From NCBI RefSeq assembly GCF_001194135.2, contig NC_068981.1:177236969-177300968 (forward strand): DNA of 64,000 bases, read 5' to 3'. A program made the translations under genes and the position numbers. Positions 37,131 to 51,574 of this stretch are shown here, piece by piece (position 1 is the stretch's first letter; the number at the start of each line of letters is the position of its first letter). The notes under the pieces were generated by a model. It saw nothing but the letters and a program-made list of their open reading frames with translations. It ran no database searches and had not been told where the DNA came from. Origin of the DNA: Octopus bimaculoides. Taxonomy: Eukaryota.

Positions 37131-37526
37131 ATTTACTAAATAAATAAGAATTGGCAACTCAAAACATCACTACACACATTTCAATGGTGTGGTTATTAAT
37201 GCACAGTACATTACATATTACATAACTACACCATTTCATTAAGTGATGTTCAGCAAAATACAACCAATCTATGAAGTTCAAGAATATTTATAAACAAATT
37301 ATAGGACAAGCAAGACTTCAAAGAAATACAGTTTTCCCAAAAGACGGAAGAACTATTAAATAGTTCCTCCCCTGTTTGGAAAATCTGTATTTCTTAGAAA
37401 TCTTGCATGTGGTTATGTAATATTGTGGAATTACATAACATTATGTAATGTACTGTGCATTTTAAAATAAAGAACCATGCTATTAAAATGCATATTGTTA
37501 TCTTTTGAGATGTCTATTCTTATTCA

Positions 37527-37583
<57 letters not shown>

Positions 37584-37637
37584 TACACAACTGTATGTGT
37601 ATGTGCATACACACACACACACAAATTTCTTACCACA

Positions 37638-38005
37638 CAGGCATAGTTGTGTGGTAAAAATTTTGCTTCCCAGATACATGGTTCCAGGTTCAGTCCCACT
37701 GCATAACACCTTGGGAAAGTGTCTTCTACTATAGTCTCAGGCCGACCAAAGCCTTGTGAGTGGATTTGAGAGATGGAAACTGAAAGAAGCCTGTCATGTG
37801 TGTGTGTGTATGTCTGTGTAAGTGTTTGTTCCCCAACACACTTGACAACTGCTGTTCGTGTGTTTATGGCCATGTAACTTAGCAGTTTGGCAAAAATGAC
37901 CAATAGAATAAGTAGCAGGCTTTACAAAAGAAATAAGTACTGGGGGTTGATTTGTCAACTAAAATTCTTCAAGGTGTTGCATCAGTATGGCTAGTCTAAT
38001 GACTG
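37638..38005 (+). mobile_element. SINE family A
   Basis: Full-length similarity to 5062-5434. Confidence 0.88.
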
Positions 38006-39520
38006 AAACAAGTAAAAGGTAAAAGATATATAAACAATTCAATTATCAAAGAATTTGTTCTTAAAACAATTGTCTAACTATTAAATGAGAACATGTGAAG
38101 GAGTTCTTTTTGCTGCTTGTTTAATGGAAAAGTAAGAGGGTTTATACTTTTTTTTTGAGACTGAATGAGTGAATTTATGTGTCTTCATATACAGGACCAA
38201 TGTAGAAGACACAAGTTTTCTGATGCCAGATAGGGAATTAAGAAAATAATTTCAAGTGAAAATTTAAATTTAACACCACAACTACTTCAAAGTGGTGATG
38301 TAAATAATTTACTGGTAAGGTATTGAGTGTACAAACACTGTAGAGTATCAAACATGTAAAATGGGAAATGGAAAACAATCCGTAGTTGATGCTTAAAAAT
38401 CTAAAAACAAGCGAGATAACTCTAATGAAATCAGTTCAGTTTATCAAATTTTCTTGACAATAGAGATAATGTAGGTTGGCATGGGTTTTGCCTCAAAAGT
38501 CAAATGGTGAAAGCAGTCAGTACATTTTGATCCTATTGGATTTCTTTGCCAAAACAAGATCTTTTCAATTAGCAAGACACACACATATCATCTTCATCTT
38601 TCGCAGCCAATAACTACCAGTTAAGCACTGGAGTTGATGTAATCAAGTAGTCCTCACTCCCAAAATTTCAGGGCTTGTGCCTAAATCATTATCATTATTA
38701 TCATCATTATTATTATCAGGGGTATGTAGTAATGCTGATTGTGAATATTAACAGTACGTCTTAGGGAAAATACCTAGGGGAAGCATTCTGCATGCTAAAA
38801 TACAAAGACAGTAAGGTTACATATGTAATGTGATTTGAACATTTTCAATCCATTGGGAATATTTATGCAATTTGTAAACAAAAACTCATTGCTAGGTAGT
38901 TTAAAATTTAAAATTATGCAAGGAAGATAACTCCAATATGGTCAGCTAGTGACTATGGTAGGAATAAATATTTCAGCAGTTCCGCTATTATATCCGTATA
39001 CAGACACGAACGAAAATGGGAGCTCTTATGTAGTCGCTTTACCTGCAAGAAATAGCAATCAAATTTCTCTCAAATGGCAATACTGTCTTACAATATCAAC
39101 CTACTGATATTTATTGGATACGCCCAACAGAGAGTGAGGGAGAGAGAGAGAGAGAGAGAGAGAAGCGGGTAGTCAGGTTCTGATTATATTTATACGACCA
39201 TTACGGAACTGAGGCTGAACAACAACATAAACATGTGTTGTAAAACAACAACAACACACACGCACACACATATTGGTGATTCAACCGAATAAAGTAGCGT
39301 ATGTATTGATTATCTTTAGTATGATAATGTGTTGTGAACGCACGAACACACACACTCACACACGTAAACACAATCGATAAACAACATCGTGTAGCATTGG
39401 TGCGATAGATACTTTCAAAACATTCATGAAGCCAACTTTATCACAGAACGTCTCTTTTTTTTTTTTTAGCATTTCACGTCAATGTTAAAGATGATGATAG
39501 TAAAAGGATGGAAGGCAATC

Positions 39521-39542
39521 GGGGTAGGGGTAGGGGTAGGGG
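39521..39542 (+). promoter_or_regulatory. Canonical G-quadruplex motif (GGGGTA)3GGGG
   Basis: Four G4 tracts with 2-nt loops. Confidence 0.6.
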
Positions 39543-39949
39543 TAGGTAAGATCATAGAAGGGGGAAAAAAATAATAATGACTGGCTTTTGTCTAGAATTA
39601 GGAATCGGAGATGTAAGAGTGAGTCGTATCAGTATTATAGTAGTAGGTGAGGGGGCGATTGTGACAGAAAATAGAATAAGGTCTTGCTCGCAATGGCAAC
39701 GTGCTGATCGACGACGGCTGTAGTAACAGCAGTAGTAGTAGTAGTAGTAGCAGTAGCAGCAGCAGCGGCGGCGGCTATAGTCATTGCTACTGCAGGTGCT
39801 TTACAAGCTACTGTTTGTTTTGTTTGTGTTGCCTCCCCTCCTCCTTGCTACTATGACTACCGAAGCTACTACTTCTACAGCAAAACAGCAGATTTCGAGC
39901 AAACTAATGTTGTTCGGCACAAAAGTAATATAAATAAACAAATTCTATG

Positions 39950-40141
39950 CTTGTGAGTAAAGAGAGAAGACTAACATTTTGAGCGTGTTTCCGACCAAAG
40001 ATTTTTTTTAATTCCCCCACCCGCCACCCCAGAGATTATAGAAATCTCCGCCAACCACCTCAAGAACTCAGAAACATGAGAGAGGGAGAGAGAGGGAAAA
40101 GGGGGGGGGGCGCGGGCGATGGCGAAGAAAAAAAGACTCAC
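39950..40141 (-). other. Candidate 192-nt GT-AG intron in a 5'UTR
   Basis: Donor CC|GTGAGT (40141-40136). Acceptor TCTTCTCTCTTTACTCACAAG| (AG at 39951-39950). Confidence 0.4.
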
Positions 40142-40972
40142 GGACAGAAAAGGTCTGAAAAATTTATATTGGATGTACGAATGGATGTTTTACGTAAAGA
40201 AGACGGGGAAAAAAAAAGACAAAAAGAATATCGTTGTAAATCAGATTAGGAAAATTAAATCAATGGACTGTAATGTATAGATAGAATGTTGTTTTAAGTA
40301 TACAGACAAGTTACTAATGTATCTAATTAGTAATATAAAATACACATAACTGGCGACTTATCGATCGAGTGCACATTGAAAATTAAAATAGGAATAGAGA
40401 TCAAGGTGACGGACTTTGCTACCTGTTTAATGGTCTTAGCTGAACACAGCAAAGCTCCCACAAATTTAAACATTATATATACAATGCCTACCAACCATTA
40501 AACGTAATTGGTGCGATCGCGCGCGCGCGCATTTATATTACACACCACAGGCACCAGTGTAATGTATGTATTAATGCCATAAGCCTTCGTTTATTTTAAG
40601 ATAGCGAGACATAATAAACAGAGAAGTAATTAGACAAAAGATAACCCACAATTCTTTTGACATTTGTCTTTTTCCCATTTGATTACGAATAGAACTACCA
40701 CCCTTTCGTCATGCACACCCTGGTATTCTTTTTTAGAGTTTTATCAGAAGAAAAGAACTAATTAAATTAGAAAATCAAAATGGACGAAAGATAAGCAAGA
40801 TCCCATCAAAGTATTATAGTATAAACACTACTTTGTAGCCTGATTGTGTATAGACTCTCATGTGTATGTATTTTCAGGCGGATGTTGTGTTGCCTCAGTT
40901 ACAAACGAATACTGTTTCTCCTCCCTTCTTAAATAAATATCACTTACATCTTCGCAATTTAGGGCTCATTTT

Positions 40973-41016
<44 letters not shown>

Positions 41017-42044
41017 ACATTCCAAATAATATGAAACGTCCACGAGAGTTACTAAGAGAGTCAAGTGAAAAGAAGTGTTCGCTGTTTATAATAAATACAT
41101 ATCAAATGTACGTGAATTAGGACGAGTGACAGCGCGCGCGTGTGTGAACTGGATCATATGTATACAAAAATCTCTATACGATCAGCAAACGAACGTGTAC
41201 ACGCTTGTCTGTGTTAAATATATGTGTACAAATTTATCAGTGTATGTGTCAGCTTTAGAAGGAAATTATAAAGGAAAGATGAAATTGCTGTGACCTATAT
41301 TTAAACGGGAGGATTTTAATAACTACATTATATGACCTTGCAAAAATCTATATTTATACTTGTGCTAAAACAACACTATACCGAGTCAATATTCCATTGC
41401 ATACATTTGTAACAATAAAATCTTAATATAGGTCTCGAAGGGAATATGATTTTATGATGTTCATGTCTCTCCTAGGGCCCGTATAATGTAGACGGCAGCT
41501 AATGGTAGGATCTAAGAATAAGGATTAAATAAATAATCAGTGTCGTCAGAAAGGGCACATAGATTTCGGTAAGACATACTTGCTACATATGCTGCACAAA
41601 TGTATGCACCACCTGTATGTTTTCGATCATATGGATATAAATGTATTACCTGTCTAACATACATACATATATACATACATACAGGCAGACAGACACACGC
41701 ACATAATTATATACATTAAAACGATAGATAAATAAAAGCAGACACGTTAAACTCCAACACTCACGATTGCTCTCGTTCCAAAGATTATACACAAACTGAT
41801 TAAGCTGATAAGGTGCAGTAGAGCAAAAGGGCAGGTGTTTTGTAGTTCGTTGTGTCTGTATTCAAATATATGGACAGTCGATGATCGTAATGTAGTACTG
41901 TAGACATGGAAACAGGACCTTTGCATACTTTATCGTATTCTATAAACACACGTATGCAATGACGAAAGAAAGGAGGAGGTTGTTGCAGTAGTATCCTACA
42001 GTTAGCCTGTTTCAAAACCCATACGCCTAGGAAACACAAACACG

Positions 42045-42079
<35 letters not shown>

Positions 42080-42958
42080 TGTATGTATGTGTGTATATAT
42101 GCATGTGTGTGTGTATGTAATGAAGCTGGATCCTATAGTTTAACAAAACGAAGGGTAGAAGAATCTGGGAAACATATATGGAAATTTTAAAAATTAATAA
42201 TACTGATACACAAAAGGCGTGGTTGCGTGGCTGGAAGATTAGAAACAAACAGAAAAAAAAAACGACGAAATAATAAGACTAAGATTGAGATTTTGTATAT
42301 ACACACCATGTAAAATTTAAAATAAAACAGACAAAATAAACCAGCACCTCGCACCCACAACAAAGTTGTCTGCAATAGCTTAATGTTCCAAAATGAGTTT
42401 ACCTTTTTTTAACACACATGCATAGATGTGTGTGTGCATATATATGTATAGAGAGAGAGAAAGAGAGAGTCGATGATAAGATCAGGAAAAGTGAAACACA
42501 ATTTTGTTTGTTTGCTTTTGTTTTTATCCTCTCTCCAGAAAAGAAAGACTCCTTCACCCTGAGAGCTTGACCATTTTTCCAACTCCATACAAGTACGACA
42601 GAGGGAGGGAGGGAGAGGGAGAGAAAGAGAAAGAAAGAAAGAGAGAGAGAGAGAGAAACAGACAGAGATACATACAGGGAAAGAAAGAAAGAGAAATTGA
42701 AAGAGAAAGAGAGAGGGGGAAAAACGAAGAGTGAGTGAAACAAATAAAGTATGAGAGAGAAAGAGAGAGAGAGACTGAGAAGGGTGAAGTGGAGATGGAG
42801 TGGCGAGGAAGGGCGATAGGTGGAGTAGGAAACAGATGTGAGGGAAGAAAAGTAGACAAGATGATGGAGACTAGATGGGGGTGGGGGGTTTGAAAGGGGG
42901 AAATGGAGGAGAAGGAGGAGGAGTCCGGATAAGGGAGTGAGGGAAGAGTATGACTTAC

Positions 42959-43050
42959 TATTGAAGTGGAGCAGCGGAGAAAAACCCCCAGACATGTCAC
43001 GTGATTAGTGATGGTGTCAGTGTGTCATGGTGCGTACGTGAGCTGCGTAT
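42959..43050 (-). promoter_or_regulatory. Candidate promoter and short first exon of the minus-strand gene
   Basis: Consensus donor ATA|GTAAGT at 42958-42953. E-box palindrome GTCACGTGAT at ~42996-43005 immediately upstream. Repeat-poor, CpG-richer context. Confidence 0.45.
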
Positions 43051-43131
43051 GTAAATGTGCATGTTTGTATTAGCGTATGAGTGTATTACATATATGTATG
43101 TGTGTACATATTATACACACACACACATGTG

Positions 43132-43171
<40 letters not shown>

Positions 43172-45478
43172 AAGAGAGAGAGGTGTATATATTTATAATA
43201 TACAGAAATATATATTTATATACACACATAGACGTGTGTGTGATTGTGTATGTATGTATGCATGCATGTGTGTGTGTGTGTGTGTGAAAACTAACTCGCT
43301 TCCAAAGAGCAAAACTCTTGGGAAACAACGTAAAAATTAATAATAATAACCCGTATATTGCTACGATTTTCGCAGATTGCGCTCAAACTCACATAAATCA
43401 CATAATATAATATAATATGTACGAACAAACATATATTGTATCTATTAATTCTGGCGTGTGTACGTGTGGATGCATATATATACAAAATACAATTCGAAGT
43501 TTCACAATCATAGCCTTTAATCACTTACTCATTCTCTCTGCCTCTCTCCCTTTCTTCCTCTCTCTCTCTCTCTCTCTCTCGCTTTGTACACCTCCGACAC
43601 AAGCACGCACGCAGGCACACACACACACAAAGACTATTCCAGCCAGTAATTAAGATATTCGCGGTTGCCTGGATAGTCTTCTGTTCAAATTATGTTACTT
43701 GTATAACTATTAACTATTAAAGACTTCTTAAGGCGCGCACGCGCACACACACATGAGTCATTTAAAACATTAACTTTAAACGCTGTGTATCACATATACA
43801 CACTCGTATAATATACATCGTTTTAAGTGACTCATTCGTGTAAAACCAATAAGCCCCATAAAAGATTTTTTTTAAATCTGTTTTTGCAGGTGTATTATCA
43901 CTTCGCGTCGACTTGTGGTGCAATCTTATCGTCGAAAGTTGTGATAGTAATTTCAGTTTCGACTATTGTATCACTAAAACATTGAAGTCCGAAATATTAC
44001 ACACACACGCAAGCACGCACACACATACATACATACATATCAGTAAGTATATGTTGGAACTGGTGTGATGCTTTTACAGGATATTTCATGCCGTATAATT
44101 GTCAATTGTTTCGCTGTATTATTATATGGTGTCGGATCATAGACATTACAGCAAAGCGATTTGGATGTGTTGAAAGTCTTTCGAACGGGATGCTTTGCCG
44201 AATCTTCGGGCTATTATAGATTATCCATCTGAGAAAGAAAAAAAAAATCACATTTAATATTCCTACTTTTACCAATCGACTGTTCCTGAATTCAGTAACA
44301 GCGGTTACGCTGATATGAATATGTCAATCAGATTATGCAGGTTTGCTATACAGGCGGCGAATTGGTAGAATCGTTAGAGCGTCGCGGGGAGATGCTTTGC
44401 AATATTTGCGTTGGCTCTTTACGTTCTTAGTTCAAATCTTGCCATGGCCTACATGTGTGGTAGACATAATTCGCTGCTCGGTTAAAAACCACCACTTGGC
44501 CCTTGAATATCCATCCTCTCTATCGCAAACGTTCGGGTAAAGTCAACAATTTCAGGAGACCTCTTTGCTTCCCGCCTTGCCTCTCACTAGTCTCACAGGC
44601 GGTGTCAAAAAAAAATTACAAACTCCTCAAATGTTTCCACAATGCACAAAAGAGCGCTGAAAAATACCTGGCTGAAAATTATTTTAAAACGAAATAACAC
44701 CAGAAACGAAAGGAAATTGTGCATAGGCAACGAGTACCAAAGGTAGGGTGGTGGATCAGGATGAACATCCTATGATAACTCTCAGCGTAAATAATTTATT
44801 ATATGTAGATCTTGTTGGGTGCCTCTCGAATTGAAATCCTTCAAATTCACCTTTCCTGCACGTGAAAGCAAGTGTCTATAAAATAAATTTCTGACGTGTT
44901 GACCCAGATCTATAAGGATACAGAAATGAAACTGTATCTGGGAAATTGTTATAAATAAAATAATTTCTTTTAAGTTCCGAGGTGTTTTGGATCTCAGCCA
45001 CTTTCCGATCACATGGCGGGAAGTAACTGAGATATAAATATTCTCTTAGGTAGTACCTCAGCCTGCCACAAGAATCATTCCCAGAGGATTTGATATTTCA
45101 TTTTTGATAGCCAAGACACCTTAAGAATGAGAGATTTTCATGTTGTTGCGTGGCTCAGCATGAAAACCTGAGTTTTGAACCCTAGCTCTCAGGTTTTCTC
45201 GTCTCAGAATCACGACCTACTGTATCAGCATAAAAGGAAAAGTGTCGCCACAAAAGGCATTAACGCCTACGTCACTATAGTTCGATCAACCAGCGCTGGC
45301 CAACTTACTATGGTTGATGCGGAGAAGCTCAAAGAAAGTGTGCGAGTTTTCCCAGCGAACAGTTTTGCCGAAGGTTCTGGGAAATGTGGCTTTTGGTCAT
45401 ACAAAACTGGCAAATTCAAATTCATATTAGAGTCACTCAGCGGTCTAGACGAATCTGTGTAACTTTTCTCAACGAGTT

Positions 45479-45554
<76 letters not shown>

Positions 45555-45639
45555 TCACTCACTCACCCACTTTTTCGTATTTAACAAGCTTATGTTGTAT
45601 TCGACAAAGGGCACCAATTTAAAGTTGGTGTCGAATAAT

Positions 45640-45960
45640 GCACTTTCGTTATATTTTTTTATGCACCCTTTCAAAGTCTAGTCAGGCTCATGGGCCCGGT
45701 TTCCCGGCTTCCATGGCGTATGTGTCCCCCCACCAGCTGGACGGGACGCCAGTCCACTGCAGCGTTACTCAAGAAACAGGAAGAAAGAGTGAGAGAAAGT
45801 TGGGGCGAAAGAGTACAACAGCGGTCGCCACCACCCCCCCTGCCGGAGCCGCGTCGAGCTTTTTAAGTGTTTTCGCTCAATAAACACACATAACGCCCGG
45901 TCTGGGAATCGAAACCGCGATCCTCCGACTGCCTTAACCACTGGGCCATTGCGCCTCCAC
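45640..45960 (-). mobile_element. tRNA-derived SINE, head C + tail Y
   Basis: Reverse complement of GGAGGCGCAATGGCCCAGTGGTTAAGG...GGACTGGCGTCCCGTCCAGCTGG...GGAAACCGGGCCC. Confidence 0.88.
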
Positions 45961-48900
45961 ACTTTCATTATATACAGTGATTTAAATAACTTCTACTCTA
46001 TTTCGTCTTCGATGATTATGTCCTATTTTCATAATATTATTTAGCATGTTGAAATACAGAAGACTACCAGCTGATATGTTCGCTATTTCATGAAGGTTGT
46101 TCTATTAATTTATTTGAATGTATAAATGTAAATATAAACGATATAAGCTATTTGAAAACTCAAATATATATTAGTATGGTCATTCTTAACTTCACACGCA
46201 ACCTAACAAATATTGTGAACCACCAATGAAAACTATATGACTAATCACCACACTAAAATGCCAACAGCGTATTTGAACTTAAGCAGTCGAACATCATATC
46301 CAGCCGGCAGTCGGACATCTCACTTTTATATGTGACTATATTCTCGAATGGAAACTAGATTGTGAACTTAGCTTCTCCCCACTTGCTCTGCTCTGGTATT
46401 CTGCTCTTGTGTCTAGACAAAAATGAAATCTTCGCTGTGCCGGGATAGCTCAAATAAGGATCAGATACGAAAGGCAAGTGAAATATAATTATTATATGCT
46501 GAAGAATTGGCAAGGAAGCATAACCAAAAGGGAAAGTACTTTGAGAAAATAGAAACACCTGCACCGTATGTTTGGTGTTAGACAGATTAACAACAAGAGC
46601 CTGCTAATTGTAGTTGCCAAATCACCAAAAATACAAGTCTCTCAATATACAACATTGCTGTAACTGAGCAACAGAAACTAGAGAAGCTATATAGCAATAT
46701 TTCTATAGAAAGCAAGTATCTGAGAGCAAAAGATAAGGTCTCGACAATCCAAGACCGCGAAATAGTTTCAATCTCTAGTTAAAGTCATCTCACTTTTGTC
46801 GTTAATGCATTTGGGAAAATCATGGACACCACATTACACTAGTGACTAGTGTAAAAGAGACCAATATATTCAAACTACTTTAGATCTAATGCTAAAGCTC
46901 AAGTTTATCGTGCCGTCAATAATAAAGTGTGTCAGTCGGAAAATAACGGACGAAGTTAAATATACTAAACAAAGTACATCAAGAGAAGAGTACGTTCGCA
47001 CAGACCAACTTACGCTCATCTCACTACAATTTGGACAGCGTATGCACAAATTACCACCCTAAATATTTTAAGCATCCTAGTTTCTTTTCACTCCCGACCT
47101 CACAATATATATACGTATGGTTTTGGAAGAAACGATACAAAGAATTTAGCAAAACTTCGCATGATAGGTAATTTGCATTAAGTCACGTCGCTTCAGTGAA
47201 GGATGAACTCGAGTAGGGCAACGGCCAAGCTGAATCCAGACTGATCTAAGTACGAAGGTATAGGCGCGCGCACAAACACAGGGATGCACACACACACACA
47301 CTTCTAAGTATACTGATAGTACATACGTACTTAATTTCGTTTTTCTTTACAAGTGTCTGGAACAGCATTACCTCATATTTCATATATANNNNNNNNNNNN
47401 NNNNNNNNNNNNNNNNNNNNNNNNNNNNNNNNNNNNNNNNNNNNNNNNNNNNNNNNNNNNNNNNNNNNNNNNNNNNNNNNNNNNNNNNNNNNNNNNNNNN
47501 NNNNNNNNNNNNNNNNNNNNNNNNNNNNNNNNNNNNNNNNNNNNNNNNNNNNNNNNNNNNNNNNNNNNNNNNNNNNNNNNNNNNNNNNNNNNNNNNNNNN
47601 NNNNNNNNNNNNNNNNNNNNNNNNNNNNNNNNNNNNNNNNNNNNNNNNNNNNNNNNNNNNNNNNNNNNNNNNTATATATATATATATATATATATATATG
47701 CTGGTTCTTTAAAACGCCTACAATGAGTGATTTTAACGCATAATTCACAGGTCAGTGGAGGTGAGCTGTTTGATATCATTAACACATACACCTTGAACAT
47801 TCTTTGGCTTCATGATAATTTATATAGGAAGATTTAGATAATTTTCATTTGTACTTAGAGCAATACAAAGAGTTTCACCAGTATATAACACACATTGTAT
47901 AAATACAATACATATTTCACACTGAGAAAATAAGATATTATCACACTCTTTTCAGCATATACAAGCATTGAATATACATAAATTTTTGACTGAACAAACA
48001 CCAAAATATAAGAACATAAAAAGATTCTTCAAGGAAAACTCTAGGCACAATATCGAGAAAATTAAAACAAATTGATACATACATTTTGCATTTTAGAATA
48101 CAGAGTTCCGAGATATGAGTGAAATTATCATACGTATCGAAATTAGTGAAAATAACAAAATTCCTTGTTCATAGTTCATCATTTAAGAATATAGGAATAT
48201 AGGAAGAATATATAATAAAAACGAAAGATTACTAACAGAAGGTACTTATTGTGTCTGCCAAAAGTTATAGCACATGTATTCACATTTCCAATTGTACTGC
48301 ATGTAAAGAGGAAGACTACTCTTTACAGCATTTCAGAATCTATTGTATAATTTGCTTTCTTACATGACAGCACGAAATTATAACAAATATATGTTTAAGT
48401 TTCAAGACTTGAGGATAGCCTTAAACATCTGAATATCGCTAGACATTACACAGCCGTGTGCATAAATGAATACAATCTCAATATTTCTAATATTTCTGGA
48501 AGATAGAAATTCGTGATATTTTCTTCCTTTTTGCGACACGGTGATATATTTGAATGAACATGTGATCGCGAGATTCTATAAAAGCCTGAAATATATAGAA
48601 GAACAGACCAAAATATACTAAGAATGTTGTTACAAGTTCACTCAATCTTGTAAATATAGCAAGAATTGTAACACTTATACACGCTAAGGAAGATGAAATT
48701 TTAAAACAGCAAAAATTATGGCAGCAATTCAAACATGAACTTGCGCTTACAAAAATTATGAAAGCTCTATCATTCTTCCTCAGATTTTCACTAGATATCA
48801 AAAAAAAAAAAATGAAGCTCACAAAGAAAAACGTTCAAGTGCATGTACACTGTCAGGACTGGGATTTTATGGGTCAAAGAGCAAAATCTTTAAATTTCTT

Positions 48901-49099
48901 ACTTTATATGAAGACACTCCTACATTGTTCTTTTTTATTTCCTTGGAAATAGACATATGGAAATTTATAATACAGTGTTACTATCACTATAAATGGAACA
49001 TTCTGGAAACAAACATTTAACATTTCTTAAGCTTACAAATCCTTTTTATAAAAATTTCTTGTAAGGTTGACCTGAACGCTTGTTATGGTGGGTTATTTA

Positions 49100-51100
49100 T
49101 CTTAGGATATCAAACGTACACAAAAATGTTACAGCTGAAACAAATAGTGGTCATGAGACTTAACAATTATGATACATACCGAAGTGTAGATGTAATTGAT
49201 GTTATAACTTCCTTAAAAGTTCTATTTGCACATTACTTTCTCTGCTTTCTTGTTTTACTGCTGTCCACTCAAATTTCCATATCTCAATGCATAGTGAAGG
49301 TGCGCAAAGTAGCAACAAGTTTTGATTTCACTCGGTTCTTGCAAAGTTTTAGGTCTTTGTACTCATTGCTTGGCATAATGTACTGCTGATGAGAAATGCA
49401 ATACTCTTCGACATGTTGGCAAATGAAAATTCTTTCTAGAAAACTCTTGGCAACATTTACAGAAAGATCAAAAGAGAAAAATAAATCAGATGGAACCATG
49501 AATGAACTAAAGTCATACTCGAGCATATTATAGTCCTTGTGGTGAATTAAAACATCCACTTCATCACTCATGGAGATCTGACGCTTTGAGCAATAAACAC
49601 AAGTGTATTTTCTTCTGATAGTGTGAAAGACACATGTATGAATATACTTTCAGAACCTCTCTGTAATTGTATAGCAGACTTGGCAGGTAATTCGCTTTCT
49701 TTTCTTGGAAGTCAAAGTCTGCAATGTCATTACAAACTTGTCAGAGCCTGATGAACAATTAGGTTCAGTTGCAACTAAAAAGAATCTAGATTCCAATGCT
49801 GTTTAGTTATGTCAGCAACCATCCTTCCGCTGAATTCACGCGAACAATTTTTTTTACTACATCTTGGTTGACGTGATGTAAACTTTCCTGAAGTTCCACC
49901 TATAATTTGATAAACAAATTAAAGAGGCATTAGCCCTCTACGAAGAGGATCTTCTTGGTTCCAGATATCTTCAATTGACTAAGCACTAGCATACATGTCT
50001 ACTAAAAAAATTCCAAATACTGAGAATAGTTTGATAGGGGATACTTAAGCTCCTTAGTATCCTTAAAAAATTCTGCGGTTAAAGACGTCTGCTTGTCTCA
50101 GCAAACTTTGCTGTGAATACAGATCTTCTATAAAGTCTTTCCAAAGCAGCATGTGTACAGCTCTGCTACCACATCGTGATCGACTACCTGTGCTGTTTTA
50201 TTTATATTCATCTTGGAGAAGCTATTTAGTTCAAGATGTAATTGTGTTTTGGTAAGTTTATTTGCTTTTCTGATGGACAACAGCAAGTCATGTTTGTAGA
50301 ATTGTCATATGAATGACCATTTCACGTGTTGTGAGCCATCTTGTGCCTGTTCTAAACACGTAATTTTCCTCATATTTTAAAGTGTGAGAGAATGTATCAT
50401 GCAAAGATAAAACAGTTTTTCTATTCTTTTACCACCATCATTGTTGGAACAATTCTGGATCACTGATTTTGTTCAAGCATTCCTTGAGGCGTTGGATGAG
50501 TTGCCTCCTAACTCAGTAAGTACCTAAATCATTCCTTCCATTTTTAAAATACACTTCTCACAATGAGCACCGGCGCATGATTTACAGCGCGTCAGATTTT
50601 CCCAAGAAAATCAAAATCTTCGAAACCACCAGCAACATCTTCAGAGACATTATATGTAAACCAGCTTGAAGACTCATTTTATAGCAAGTAGCTATACATA
50701 ATGTTCTTTTCTGTCATGGTAAATACTCTATCTCTTTGTGTATAAAGAATTTGCAGAGAGAATCCCAACCTAACGCCCCCGACGGCCTCACACAGAACGT
50801 AGCATAAAGATACTCTAGCAAAATTTATATACTCGTACTTTCGGACTGTGATTGTTTAGCGATAAACACAATTACCATGTCAGAGTAGAATCATTTCTCA
50901 ATTGTGATGCAAAGAAAGAGCAAGGTCATTCGGAAACTTATTCGCTTCGTGAATCAGTTCTTTCACAGTTTGTTGGCATTTTACTATTTGCTTCACATGA
51001 TAAACTTCCTTCTTTATCCCGAAAGATCGAAACCGCTCTTTCTTAAGAACGTTCTCTTCTTTCCATCATGGTGTATTGTTAGAGCAGAATGACGCTGGAC
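49100..51100 (-). pseudogene. Degenerate P-element/THAP9-like transposase
   Basis: Collinear motifs MSLQAGLH.N...GFEDF, NHAPVLIVRSV..KWK, RKANKLTKTQLHL..FSKMNINKTAQV and VNQDVV; many stops and frameshifts. Confidence 0.68.
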
Positions 51101-51574
51101 TGATATGCCATTCCTGTTTATACTGCTGCGCTGCTATTCTTGTTCGTGTTTGGTTTTAGAAAAGTTTCCGAATTCTGAAATGAAGCATTTTAACTGTAGT
51201 GGATTTTCAGATAGAATAGAATAACTACCAAAAACTTTTAGTTCGTCGAGCTAAGAAAATTCTATGGTGTGACCTAATCATTAGCTTGAATGTTTGTACA
51301 AATAGTCAAGGAATTCCTTAATTTGGTCTCTCTGTTTTCACCAATGTACATAGAGTATTAATTATTGAAAGTTAATTATTTAATATGTACTTAATGCAAT
51401 TCAAATTATACGCTAGAAATAACAGCCAAACTTTTCTCGGCTCTCACCCTACAAGCTTGGAAAATTTCATTATATATTCGGGTTATTAAAAAAACAAAAA
51501 CAAGCAGCACTATGTGTCCTTGTAGTGTGTATTTATGTACCTACGTATATATGAATGTGTGTGGGAGAGTGCGT

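Noticed and set aside
45162-45198. 11-bp inverted repeat GAAAACCTGAG/CTCAGGTTTTC
   Set aside because: Too short and isolated to support an RNA gene or terminator call.
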